A stretch of DNA of 52,835 nucleotides from Candidatus Micrarchaeota archaeon CG1_02_51_15 (GTDB lineage: Archaea; Micrarchaeota; Micrarchaeia; Norongarragalinales; UBA8480): positions 1 to 52,835 of the forward strand of contig MNVG01000016.1 of NCBI GenBank assembly GCA_001871495.1. Direction: 5' to 3'. The notes below the pieces were generated by a model that was given only the letters and a program-made list of their open reading frames with translations, did no database searches and had not been told where the DNA came from. Position 1 is the first letter of the stretch; every line of letters begins with the position of its first letter. A program made the position numbers and the translations under genes. Below, in pieces: positions 16,175-24,728 of this stretch.

Positions 16175-17392
16175 TTGGGCAGCAGACGTAATAATAGCAT
16201 GGATGAGGGGTTATTTTCGCAAATAGTTTTGAACAGCGAACGGAGAAAAGCAGAAGCACGGGTCTTTACAGCCAAAAGGTACCTCTACTCGAAAATCAAG
16301 GCCGTGCCGAAGGGTTACTTCGCGGGCATGCGCGGCTTGCGAGGAATAGGCAAGACGGTAATGCTGTTGCAACTGGCTAACGAACTGCCTGGCTCGCTTT
16401 ACATTCCCGCGGATTCTTCGCTAATCAAGGGAACAGGGCTGTACGAAGCAATGCATTTCGCAATATCCCGAGGGTATTCTTCGCTGTTCGTCGATGAAAT
16501 CCACTGCAAGAAAGACTGGCAACAGGACCTTAAAACGATTTACGACGAAGAGGGCAATACGCGCGTGTTCTTTTCCGGCTCGGCAGCCCTCGAAATAGGC
16601 CAGGGCGCAGACTTGTCGCGGAGGGCACTGTTGTTCGACTTGCTCCCCCTTTCCTTCAGGGAATTCCTGGCTATAAAAAAGAAAGTCGCAGTACCTCCGG
16701 CCGTTTCCGCAAAAGACTTGTTTGACGAAGACAGGCGAAGGCAACTGATTACGGCAACCGCACAGCATGCAGTCCACTTACGCGATTACTTCAGACAAGG
16801 GGGACTGCTGTACGCAAGTGAAGACACGGAATACTTCCACAAGGCACTTGAAAACACCGTTGAAAAAATCATCCACTCCGACCTCGAATGCCTGAGGGCA
16901 ATAGACGCAAACGCCGAAGAAACAATATACAAGCTCCTCGAATGGATAGCTTTTTCCCAGCCGGGAGAAGTGAATTACTCTACGCTCGCGTCAAAAACCA
17001 GTGCGTCAAAGCCGACGGTAATACGGATGATAGACGACCTGACGAAAACGGGATTATTAAAGAAAATACTGCCCTGCGGAAAAGCGGTCGTACGCAAGGA
17101 GCCCAAGATATACTTGGCATTTCCGTTCAGGGAATACTTCAACGCGGTCTTCGCAAGAACTCCCGACACGGGCGCACTACGCGAAGAATTTTTCGTCAAC
17201 CACGCGCAAAAACTCTGCTACCTAAAGACACTACGCGGCCAACGCACCCCCGACTTCATCTACGAAAACAAGACAGTCGAAGTAGGCGGAGGAGGCAAAA
17301 ACTTCGGCCAAAACCCCGACTACCTAATAAAAGACGCCGTCACCCTCGAACCCAAGACAATCCCCCTCTATCTTACAGGATACTTATACTAA
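16175..17392 (+). CDS. AAA-family ATPase with DUF4143-type C-terminal domain
   Basis: Walker A MRGLRGIGKTVML and Walker B SLFVDEIH. The length and C-terminal layout are typical of archaeal AAA_14/DUF4143 ATPases. Confidence 0.75.
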   Translation: MGSRRNNSMDEGLFSQIVLNSERRKAEARVFTAKRYLYSKIKAVPKGYFAGMRGLRGIGKTVMLLQLANELPGSLYIPADSSLIKGTGLYEAMHFAISRGYSSLFVDEIHCKKDWQQDLKTIYDEEGNTRVFFSGSAALEIGQGADLSRRALLFDLLPLSFREFLAIKKKVAVPPAVSAKDLFDEDRRRQLITATAQHAVHLRDYFRQGGLLYASEDTEYFHKALENTVEKIIHSDLECLRAIDANAEETIYKLLEWIAFSQPGEVNYSTLASKTSASKPTVIRMIDDLTKTGLLKKILPCGKAVVRKEPKIYLAFPFREYFNAVFARTPDTGALREEFFVNHAQKLCYLKTLRGQRTPDFIYENKTVEVGGGGKNFGQNPDYLIKDAVTLEPKTIPLYLTGYLY

Positions 17393-17433
17393 ATGACCGC
17401 GACAACAACCTCCCTTAACTAAGACATGTTCAC

Positions 17434-17769
17434 TTAAGCCTGCGCAGGGCGCGCTCGTCCCGCCCGATAAGAAATTTTCCGTAGGCTTGGGGCAGGGCAT
17501 GGTGTTCGCGTGATTTCTTGCGAAAACCAGCGACCGCATTGCGCGCGCTGCAACGCCGTTTCCGCGTCAAGGCCTTTGGACGCGATAAAAGGCAGGGTTA
17601 ACTTCAGATATTCTCTCTGCGAAGGACTGGCGATTAAGCCAAGGTCAAAATGGTAAATACTACCGGGCAATTTAGCATAAATTGTAGGGAGCTTAACATC
17701 GCTGATTGTTTTCTTATGTTTAACGTAAATGCGCTTACCATCAGCATAATGCATTGCGTGTTTTTCCAT
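17434..17769 (-). CDS. hypothetical protein (C-terminus possibly frameshifted)
   Basis: 111-aa ORF. Its last ~30 codons are Arg/Pro/Ala-biased. An alternative frame from about 17530 reads more protein-like (NAVAGFRKKSREHHALPQAYGKFLIGRDERALRRLK) and stops at 17430. Confidence 0.4.
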   Translation of the reverse strand: MEKHAMHYADGKRIYVKHKKTISDVKLPTIYAKLPGSIYHFDLGLIASPSQREYLKLTLPFIASKGLDAETALQRAQCGRWFSQEITRTPCPAPSLRKISYRAGRARPAQA

Positions 17770-17992
17770 AAAGTCCGCAGCCCAACGGTATGCCTCGGCT
17801 CGTCCCGCATGGTATTTAATTTTCCTGCGCGTTCCCCACTGCGTTCACGGTTCCTTCACCTTTTCTTCCAAAGGTCCTGCGAGTTCCCCGGGCTTGCGAT
17901 AGGGCGAAATCCCTTGACGGGAGGCCGGAACTATTTCGGTCCCCGTTCTCCCCCTCCTTTTTTCCGCTCCAAAACGCCATATTCGGACACAC

Positions 17993-18937
17993 CTACATCG
18001 AGTGCAGCACGTCAAGGATAGTGCCGTTCGCCGCGACTATGAGTACGGTGCGACAAAAGGGAAGCACTTCACTGCCGCAGTCCAAGTAAACTTCCTTGAC
18101 TGCAACGCCGCCGTACACGCCGTCCCGCGAGCCAATGTACTCTCCTGCCGAAGAATAATTCGAGACATAAATCGCAACCACTCCTTCAATGCTCGAATCG
18201 GAGAGCGCCGCCTGCTTAACGCACTTTTCGGTACCTACGTCGCAAAACTGGCCGGAAGCGCAAATGCAGTCCGTACAGCAAGTCTTCCCAGAGCGTTCGG
18301 TTGAATCGCACTCGCCATCCCCGCAGTAATGCTTAAGTTCGCACAAGTGCACCCCCGACTCGGGGTATTCCTTGCAAAACATTTCCGGTCCACAGCCACA
18401 GTCCTTCGCACAGTTGGAACAGTCTTCGGAAGCGTCGCACTCCAAGTTACCACAGTAAACCGTACGCGGCATTACTGCAAGCAAGTCGGCGAGAGAACCG
18501 TACACTCCGTTGGGCGAGACAGTCGGGCCCTGGGGGTAAACCGTTGGAGTTGCGGTTGCCGTACTGCGCAGGACGGGAGTAACTTCCCCCGCAATCGCGG
18601 CAGCCGACTTGGGCTTGTAATCACACGCCGCCTCGGTTGCGCCGCTCGGAGTGACAAAAGAAGGATTGCAGTAGCCCTGGAAGTCGTCGTCGCCGAAGTC
18701 AACGCAGTTGCTGCGCGTTTCCACTATTGACCCGCCGTCGCAACGCAGGTAAACTAAAACGTCGCCGACGCAATTCAAGTAAAACTCGCCCGCAGCACAG
18801 CCTGCTTGTGCTTGCACGCGCGGGACCTGCCGGGGCTGTTGGGGGCTAAAGTAAAACAACGCTGCAACCACTACCGCCAGCACCAGTACGACAACAACCA
18901 ACCGCTGTGAATTCGATTCGGTTGAAGACAACATCAT
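17993..18937 (-). CDS. secreted/membrane-anchored cysteine-rich protein
   Basis: N-terminal hydrophobic anchor (LVVVVLVLAVVVAALFYF). Two copies of the Cys motif YCG(N/D)xECDxxE...C..DC.C...FC (YCGNLECDASEDCSNCAKDCGCGPEMFC and YCGDGECDSTERSGKTCCTDCICASGQFC). Confidence 0.65.
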   Translation of the reverse strand: MMLSSTESNSQRLVVVVLVLAVVVAALFYFSPQQPRQVPRVQAQAGCAAGEFYLNCVGDVLVYLRCDGGSIVETRSNCVDFGDDDFQGYCNPSFVTPSGATEAACDYKPKSAAAIAGEVTPVLRSTATATPTVYPQGPTVSPNGVYGSLADLLAVMPRTVYCGNLECDASEDCSNCAKDCGCGPEMFCKEYPESGVHLCELKHYCGDGECDSTERSGKTCCTDCICASGQFCDVGTEKCVKQAALSDSSIEGVVAIYVSNYSSAGEYIGSRDGVYGGVAVKEVYLDCGSEVLPFCRTVLIVAANGTILDVLHSM

Positions 18938-19021
18938 TCTCCCTGAATTTGATTAAGCGATGGAAGAATTTAAATACGGGAGATTAAAGAATTCAGGCTT
19001 AAACTCAACGGGAAGACTAAA

Positions 19022-19753
19022 ATGGAAAAACGCGAGAACAGACGAAACCGGGCCGACGGAATAACGAGTACGTTAATCGGCGCGCCAAGGAGGAAAATGC
19101 TCAAGGCTACAGCCCGAATAGCCGCCTTGGCGCTGGCAACGGGTTTGAGCGGGGCACCTAGGGAAACGCTGTTGCCGCCCGAACCAACTGCGCCGGCAAT
19201 GCGGGAAAGGCAAGTCGTTACAGTCGTGGGTCCGGCCTTCACGGGAGGAGTGCGCCCTCCGTCAGCAGGACAGCAAGGCGAGTTTGAAGGGTTGCTTAAC
19301 CTTTTCGTAACCCGGGTACGCGGCGGCAAGGCATTCATGAAGTGCAGGCATTACGACGCGAGGCAGGACCGGATAATTGAAACCGAAGTGGAGTGGAGGC
19401 CGAACGAGACCCTGCACGCGATTACCCCCGAGGGGACGGCTCGGTTGACTCTTAGGGGAGTAAGGCGAGAAGACTCCGGCGGGTACTCCGCAGTGTTCGC
19501 TCACTCAACGGAAACGAGGCGCGCCAACCTTGCAAACCCCGCCGAAGTCTGGCTGGAATCCCGTCGCGGAACCTTGGAACTTGAAGTAGGCAGGCCGCAC
19601 CGCCTGCCTGAAGAACTGGCGGTTCATTTAAACTCGCCCCTTTCAAGAATAAGCTTTCCACAACGGTGGAGCCCTGAAGCCGCCCGGGCGCTTGTAACCA
19701 ACCTGGGTCAGGCGGGCCTGCGTTACGACAGACGCCGGAACGGACTCCCGTAG
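19022..19753 (+). CDS. hypothetical exported protein with Tat-like signal
   Basis: PRRKMLKATARIAALALATGLSGA resembles a twin-arginine signal (RRxFLK plus an h-region). It is the longest ORF in an otherwise empty interval. It converges on, and overlaps by 31 nt, the next gene. Confidence 0.45.
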   Translation: MEKRENRRNRADGITSTLIGAPRRKMLKATARIAALALATGLSGAPRETLLPPEPTAPAMRERQVVTVVGPAFTGGVRPPSAGQQGEFEGLLNLFVTRVRGGKAFMKCRHYDARQDRIIETEVEWRPNETLHAITPEGTARLTLRGVRREDSGGYSAVFAHSTETRRANLANPAEVWLESRRGTLELEVGRPHRLPEELAVHLNSPLSRISFPQRWSPEAARALVTNLGQAGLRYDRRRNGLP

Positions 19754-21858
19754 AGAACTATTTCTTCAGCGTTTGCATTCCGCATCAACTGCGCGGCTTG
19801 TTCGGGCTGCCTTTGACCCTCGAGTTGTAACAGCATATACATCGTACTACTAAGTTCCCGCTCGCGCTCGTTTCTTTCTTCAATGTTGCGCCGCATTGAC
19901 GCTTCCAGGCAGTCGTAAGTGCTGGTAAAAATTGATTGCGGAAAACCGATGTGCGAACACGACAGGTGGCGCCGTAGGAACGGAGCCATGTTAGCGTTGG
20001 AACCGATTCGGTTGAGCTCTCGGAGCTCTTCTTGGAATTCGGCCCTTCGCTGGCGCACTAGCTGCAAGTCGCTCCTGGCTTCCGCGAGCCGGTTCAGCAA
20101 GGAACTTGGCCGGGAGTCATACTCCCGCTGCTTCATTTGCAGGAACAGGTGGCCGAGGTCCCGGCGGTTCCCGGAATCGAAAAAACGGTATATCAACTCG
20201 TCAAAAGCAGGGTCCTCCACGAATCCGACCCGGGTTCGTCCAACCAATGCGGAAGCGCCGGCACGCAAAAGAGTGAGGCTCAACAGGTTCGTCTCCGAAC
20301 GGCCCCCGCCTACCTGAACCAGCGCGCCCGTATTGCGGTCTACGGATACATAAGCGTCTATTGCTCCGGTGTAACACGAAGCCGAAAATACCACTGGCTT
20401 TCCGGGAAAAAACGCTTCTTCGGCAATGAATCCGTTTCCACGGCCGTCGTCGAACTGCGACGGGGCAAGGATGAGGTACTGGTAGTCCTCACCGTACGCG
20501 GTTCCTTTCGCAATTACGTTCCGACCGTCGCCGTGCACCACTAGTATCATGGAGTCCGCGTTCGCAAAGCTAGTTAATGACGCTTCGGAATTGCATTCGT
20601 CGCCTTGGGTTTCTCGACCGTTGACAAACGCCTTGTGGCAGAAGCTGGGGGCAAGGCGGCACGAACCGGATCCACAGCCGCCTTGAACTGAAAACACGCG
20701 CCGCGAGAGGGTGTTGGCAAGCGACCGCAGTTCGCACTCTCCTTCCGAAGCAAAGTTACCGCACGCATCTCCCACCATTACCACTTGCGACAGGTCTATC
20801 TCTCTGCTTGAACGCGTGTCTGCGGTTATTGTTCCCGCGATTATGTTTACCGGACTTGATAACGGGAGCGACGGCGGAGTGGGAATGCGGAATACTATTC
20901 GGCTGGGCCTGGCTCCGTCGCGTTCTTTTGAGTAATCGTCGTCGGAAACGCTGAAGCCGTCTACGCTCATGAAATAGCCTCTTCCGGGAATGCGGGTGCC
21001 GGTCTCAAAATCCTGTTTTCTGACTTGCGGGATTACGGTTACTCCTCCGAGCAGACCGACATAGGTCGAACGCGTTTGACGCAGCACAGCCCTTACGGGG
21101 CCGACCAACGCCCTCGAAGCGGCAACCGAACCCATTCCGAAGTTCTGGGGCAGCCGGAATTGAAACGCGCGCTGGGCAAGGACGCTGTCGAGTTCCACGT
21201 ACCTTACTTTCCGGTCTTGGTTTGCGTTCCAGACCAGGTAATCGGATATTGCCTCGTCGTAACTGGTTCCCATAAAAGACTGCCCGCCCAGGCGGCTGCG
21301 CACGGTAAGCAGCGTAATGTCCGCAGGGCAAGGCACTTCGAAAGGGATTACCAGCGTCCCGGTGACGCCGGGGCGGTTTGCCAAGCTGAATTGGGTGGTT
21401 ATCACGTAGTCTTGGCCGCAAGTCTGGCACATCGGCTTATAATTGAGGTTTATTGAAATGCCATTTCCGCGGTTTTCCTGGATTACTTCGAAACACGAAG
21501 ACAGGCCTTCCGAAGCGGCTAGCGCCCTACCTGCAGAAGGCCGGAAGCCGGCGTAGGAATTGCGTTCAAAGACAATCGGCCCCGCGCCTTGAACCGGGTT
21601 TACCGAAAAGGTTACTCTTTTTTGGATTGAATCCAGCGAAGGGACGGCACGCCGGGCGTCCACATGGCCGAAGGAAATCCGAAAACAATCGTTTTGCATC
21701 GAACCGTCGCGGCTGTTCACCATAGAGCCTTCCACTGCAAAGCTCGTTTGCCCCGGCTGGGGACCGCAGACTGCATTGGCCAACGAAACCATGAGCAACA
21801 ATGCGAAAAACGCGCCGACCCGCATGACTTGTTTTAGGCGTGGGTTGTTTTTATGCAT
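19723..21858 (-). CDS. secreted peptidase C25 (gingipain-like, caspase-fold) family protein with C-terminal coiled coil
   Basis: Signal peptide (VGAFFALLLMVSLANAVCG). C25-like landmarks are YVGLLGGVTVIP, SVSDDDY and SRIVFRIP. A His-Gly (MILVVHGDG) is followed ~45 aa later by a beta-strand and Cys (PVVFSASCYTG). The start overlaps the upstream gene by 8 nt. Confidence 0.6.
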   Translation of the reverse strand: MHKNNPRLKQVMRVGAFFALLLMVSLANAVCGPQPGQTSFAVEGSMVNSRDGSMQNDCFRISFGHVDARRAVPSLDSIQKRVTFSVNPVQGAGPIVFERNSYAGFRPSAGRALAASEGLSSCFEVIQENRGNGISINLNYKPMCQTCGQDYVITTQFSLANRPGVTGTLVIPFEVPCPADITLLTVRSRLGGQSFMGTSYDEAISDYLVWNANQDRKVRYVELDSVLAQRAFQFRLPQNFGMGSVAASRALVGPVRAVLRQTRSTYVGLLGGVTVIPQVRKQDFETGTRIPGRGYFMSVDGFSVSDDDYSKERDGARPSRIVFRIPTPPSLPLSSPVNIIAGTITADTRSSREIDLSQVVMVGDACGNFASEGECELRSLANTLSRRVFSVQGGCGSGSCRLAPSFCHKAFVNGRETQGDECNSEASLTSFANADSMILVVHGDGRNVIAKGTAYGEDYQYLILAPSQFDDGRGNGFIAEEAFFPGKPVVFSASCYTGAIDAYVSVDRNTGALVQVGGGRSETNLLSLTLLRAGASALVGRTRVGFVEDPAFDELIYRFFDSGNRRDLGHLFLQMKQREYDSRPSSLLNRLAEARSDLQLVRQRRAEFQEELRELNRIGSNANMAPFLRRHLSCSHIGFPQSIFTSTYDCLEASMRRNIEERNERERELSSTMYMLLQLEGQRQPEQAAQLMRNANAEEIVLYGSPFRRLS

Positions 21859-23368
21859 TGTTTCCGTCGGTCGGCTTCCATGTGGGCGGCCTTGCGGGGG
21901 CTGGCGGCGGGTTTTCTTGAATGGCTTGTTCTTTTCCGTAGCCGTAGGAAATTGCTATTGCAACCGCGATTAGGATGAGGAGTGCGCCGAGCCAGGCCGC
22001 GTTTTGGGCACTGAACAAGCCGGTTGAACCGCTTGCTCCTAAAACAGTTGCAGCAGCTGCGGTTGCGTTGGTTGTATTAAACGCGTTTGCGACGAACGTG
22101 CTGGGTGCAGTTACGTTTACTGCCGGAGCATAAATGGGCCTCGGCTTGTCAAGGGTGCCTGGAGGAACGAGTGCGTAATAGGAGTTGGACGGAAGGACTG
22201 TGAACGAGCGCGAGGTTGTTGCAACGTCATAGGTTGCGGTTACTATTACTGTTCCGCGGTTTGTCGCGTGCAAGACTCCATCAGAGGTTATTGTCGCGAC
22301 GTTCGAGTCGGAAGTGCTCCACTGCGCGCTTATTGCGCCAATTGGGTTACCGTACTGGTCGGTTCCTTCTGCAGTCAAAGACAGTCCACTTCCTTCATAC
22401 AGTTTGTATTTGGAGTTTCGCGTGGTTATTTCCAGTTTCGAAGGACGGTCGGGAATTATAGTGACTAGCACGGTCGCATATAGGTTGGCGTCCGACTCGG
22501 CTTGCGCTTGGAAAGTGACTGTGCCGGTTTTGCGGCCAACAAGGATTCCGGTAGTAGTGAAGTCTGCGTAGCCGCTTTCCTGCCTAACTGAATAACGAAG
22601 TGCGGGAGTGGGGACGTTGTTGCCGTACTCGTCGAATGCCTGGGCCACAAAGGTATAGTATTGTCCTGCACGGGCGGTAAACAACGGCGAGCCGAAAGCC
22701 AAGTGGTCCAACTCGCGTTCTGTTACCGTAAGGTTGTAGGTTGCGGTTGCTTCGCCTGCGCGCACGGTTATTCCTGCACTGCCTGCCGAGTTGGAAAGAA
22801 AGTAGCCCGTCGAGTTTATGGAACCCAGCGTGGTGGTCCAAGAAACAGTGGTGTCAACGGAGTTGCCGAACGAGTCGTATACCGTTGCGTTCAGCTGCAG
22901 TCCCTCGCCTGCCAAGACCGTTTTGGATGAAGAGGTTAATGAAATGTAGTTGGGAATAGTGCCGGTTACGGTTAAGGTTATTGAAGAGGAAAAGCCGGAG
23001 AGCAAGGCGGTGACTATTACTTGGCCGGCGCGTTGGCCGTATATTTCGTTCGACCACATTCGCGCAGAGCCGTTTATTGGAGTGATTTGGAAGGATGGAG
23101 TTAGGTTTTCGGAGTAGGGCGGGATTATTGCCTGCGAGTTGCCTGAAGCGTCGGTTGCGATCACAGTCAGCCGCGCGCCGGCAGTAGAGTCGCTTGCTTC
23201 GACCGGGTTGTGGTCGCTGTAGAGTGAAATGGAGGTTATTGCGTCTATTGCGGCGGCTTGGCCGGTCAATACGATTAATGCCAGTAACGCGGTTAATGCA
23301 ATGCGGTTAAAACCATTCAATTTGCTCCCATCCCCTGTTTGCTTGCAACAGGCGTGAAGAATAGTCAA
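21851..23368 (-). CDS. cell-surface protein with repeated Ig-like (Big_2-type) domains and C-terminal TM anchor
   Basis: N-terminal signal/anchor (ALTALLALIVLTGQAAA). There are about four ~85-aa beta-rich repeats (...GTVIVTATYDVATTSRSFTVLP). The C-terminus has a TM helix (AAWLGALLILIAVAIAISYGYG) and a Pro-rich tail. Confidence 0.65.
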   Translation of the reverse strand: MTILHACCKQTGDGSKLNGFNRIALTALLALIVLTGQAAAIDAITSISLYSDHNPVEASDSTAGARLTVIATDASGNSQAIIPPYSENLTPSFQITPINGSARMWSNEIYGQRAGQVIVTALLSGFSSSITLTVTGTIPNYISLTSSSKTVLAGEGLQLNATVYDSFGNSVDTTVSWTTTLGSINSTGYFLSNSAGSAGITVRAGEATATYNLTVTERELDHLAFGSPLFTARAGQYYTFVAQAFDEYGNNVPTPALRYSVRQESGYADFTTTGILVGRKTGTVTFQAQAESDANLYATVLVTIIPDRPSKLEITTRNSKYKLYEGSGLSLTAEGTDQYGNPIGAISAQWSTSDSNVATITSDGVLHATNRGTVIVTATYDVATTSRSFTVLPSNSYYALVPPGTLDKPRPIYAPAVNVTAPSTFVANAFNTTNATAAAATVLGASGSTGLFSAQNAAWLGALLILIAVAIAISYGYGKEQAIQENPPPAPARPPTWKPTDGNNA

Positions 23369-23414
23369 AAAACAAGTATTTAATGCCTACTGACGAGTGG
23401 TTACAAACTACGAT

Positions 23415-24026
23415 TTATGTTTTGATGCGCCTTCCTCGGCGCACGGCTTCTTCGTATCTTCCGAGGAGCTTCAGTATTTTGGGCGCGTTTGGTTGGCTGT
23501 TAATTTTTTCTTTTATTTCGTCTGGCCTCAAGCCTATTTCAAAGAACACCGGTCGGCCGTTTGTCACATCTATATTTACCGGATGTTGGTTCAAGTATAT
23601 TCCTAGGTTTTTCGCTCGTTCAATGATTTTAGTGACGTTGGAGCTTTGTAATCGGGTTTCGTGTTTTTCAGCCAGTTTTTCTAGTTGTTTGAGTTCGGCG
23701 GGTTTGATTGGTTCTTTTGGTTCGTAGGTCAAACGCACGTAGGCCTGGTGTTCCGGAGTTGTGTTTACGAGGTTGCTTTTTAGGAAGACGGGCTTGAACG
23801 CGTCTTCGGGACAAGGGATGCGCGGTGCGGATGAACGGAGCACGGTCAGTCTCGCACTGTGCGGTCCTAGGAAGTGTCCGCCGGGCATTAGTAGGTTTAC
23901 TATTGTGTGGGCGTAGAAGGCGGCTTTTGAAATGCTTTCGGCGCGGAACTTGTGGGTCTTCGTAACCAGTTTTCCGTCGTAAGTGACTATTTCTTCTTCG
24001 CCTTCGGCAATCCTATAGCCCGACAT
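23415..24026 (-). CDS. hypothetical protein
   Basis: 203-aa ORF and the last gene of a long minus-strand operon. It overlaps the upstream ORF by 40 nt. No family motif recognised. Confidence 0.5.
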   Translation of the reverse strand: MSGYRIAEGEEEIVTYDGKLVTKTHKFRAESISKAAFYAHTIVNLLMPGGHFLGPHSARLTVLRSSAPRIPCPEDAFKPVFLKSNLVNTTPEHQAYVRLTYEPKEPIKPAELKQLEKLAEKHETRLQSSNVTKIIERAKNLGIYLNQHPVNIDVTNGRPVFFEIGLRPDEIKEKINSQPNAPKILKLLGRYEEAVRRGRRIKT

Positions 24027-24511
24027 AGTACTAATTTTCCTTTTTCAATTCTTTTTCGCTTCAAGTCGGAGTAGCTCCCTTCCGCAATAGTTTTCGCGTG
24101 GTGTTGCAGCAGGATGGCCATTCCCTGGCGCGCTGACTCCCCTGTAGAGGCCATGTATGCCGTCGATTTTAATGTTAAAAGCGGGTTGGCGAATACGTCC
24201 ATCAGCTCGCCGATTGTTTCTCCCTTTATCGGAGAGTACTCTTTGTTCTGCTCGTTAAAGTGGCCGAACATTGCCCGCAGGAGTTCTTCAGTCTGTTGCT
24301 CTCTAACATGTCCGGCTAACCGGTCCAACGCCTTTACTCCTTCAAGGTAGAACCGATTTGGAAGGTAGGATTCGTAAAGCCTTCCGCATATTCTTGCGAG
24401 AAGTTTTTCGGCCTTAGAATCGATCGAATGTTTGCCTAATTTTGGATAGCGTCTGGTCAACCAGCAGGCGGTGCCCGATTTCGTAGTTGCAGTATAATTC
24501 GACGCCGCCAA
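23987..24511 (-). CDS. hypothetical protein (5' ~100 nt overlaps the upstream ORF; possibly one frameshifted gene with 24414..24728)
   Basis: 174-aa ORF. Its first ~30 codons (MAASNYTATTKSGTACWLTRRYPK) look non-protein-like, whereas the overlapping frame looks coding. Confidence 0.45.
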   Translation of the reverse strand: MAASNYTATTKSGTACWLTRRYPKLGKHSIDSKAEKLLARICGRLYESYLPNRFYLEGVKALDRLAGHVREQQTEELLRAMFGHFNEQNKEYSPIKGETIGELMDVFANPLLTLKSTAYMASTGESARQGMAILLQHHAKTIAEGSYSDLKRKRIEKGKLVLCRAIGLPKAKKK

Positions 24512-24728
24512 GCGAAGTAGTGCGCAGCATACGATGGGTTCCGGCGCTAACCTTGAAGTCAGGATGTTTTGCCAGGGTTTCGCGCGTCTTGGCTATAATT
24601 AACTCCAATGGAATTTCGTGCAGCGGCTTTTTCGGTAGTTGCTTCCTGACTTCGTCGACGTGCTCGCACACTTTCTTAACAGCCTGTTCAGCGGTCAACG
24701 CATAGGCATATTTGGGCAAACTCCTCAC
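24414..24728 (-). CDS. hypothetical protein
   Basis: 104-aa ORF. Its ATG overlaps the MetAP stop (24725-24728). Confidence 0.5.
   Translation of the reverse strand: MRSLPKYAYALTAEQAVKKVCEHVDEVRKQLPKKPLHEIPLELIIAKTRETLAKHPDFKVSAGTHRMLRTTSLGGVELYCNYEIGHRLLVDQTLSKIRQTFDRF

Noticed and set aside
17770-17992. SRP RNA or RNase P RNA in the GC-rich non-coding stretch
   Set aside because: It is too short. I could not find the conserved SRP helix-8 or RNase P CR-I/CR-IV/CR-V strings. I kept it only as an unexplained structured region.
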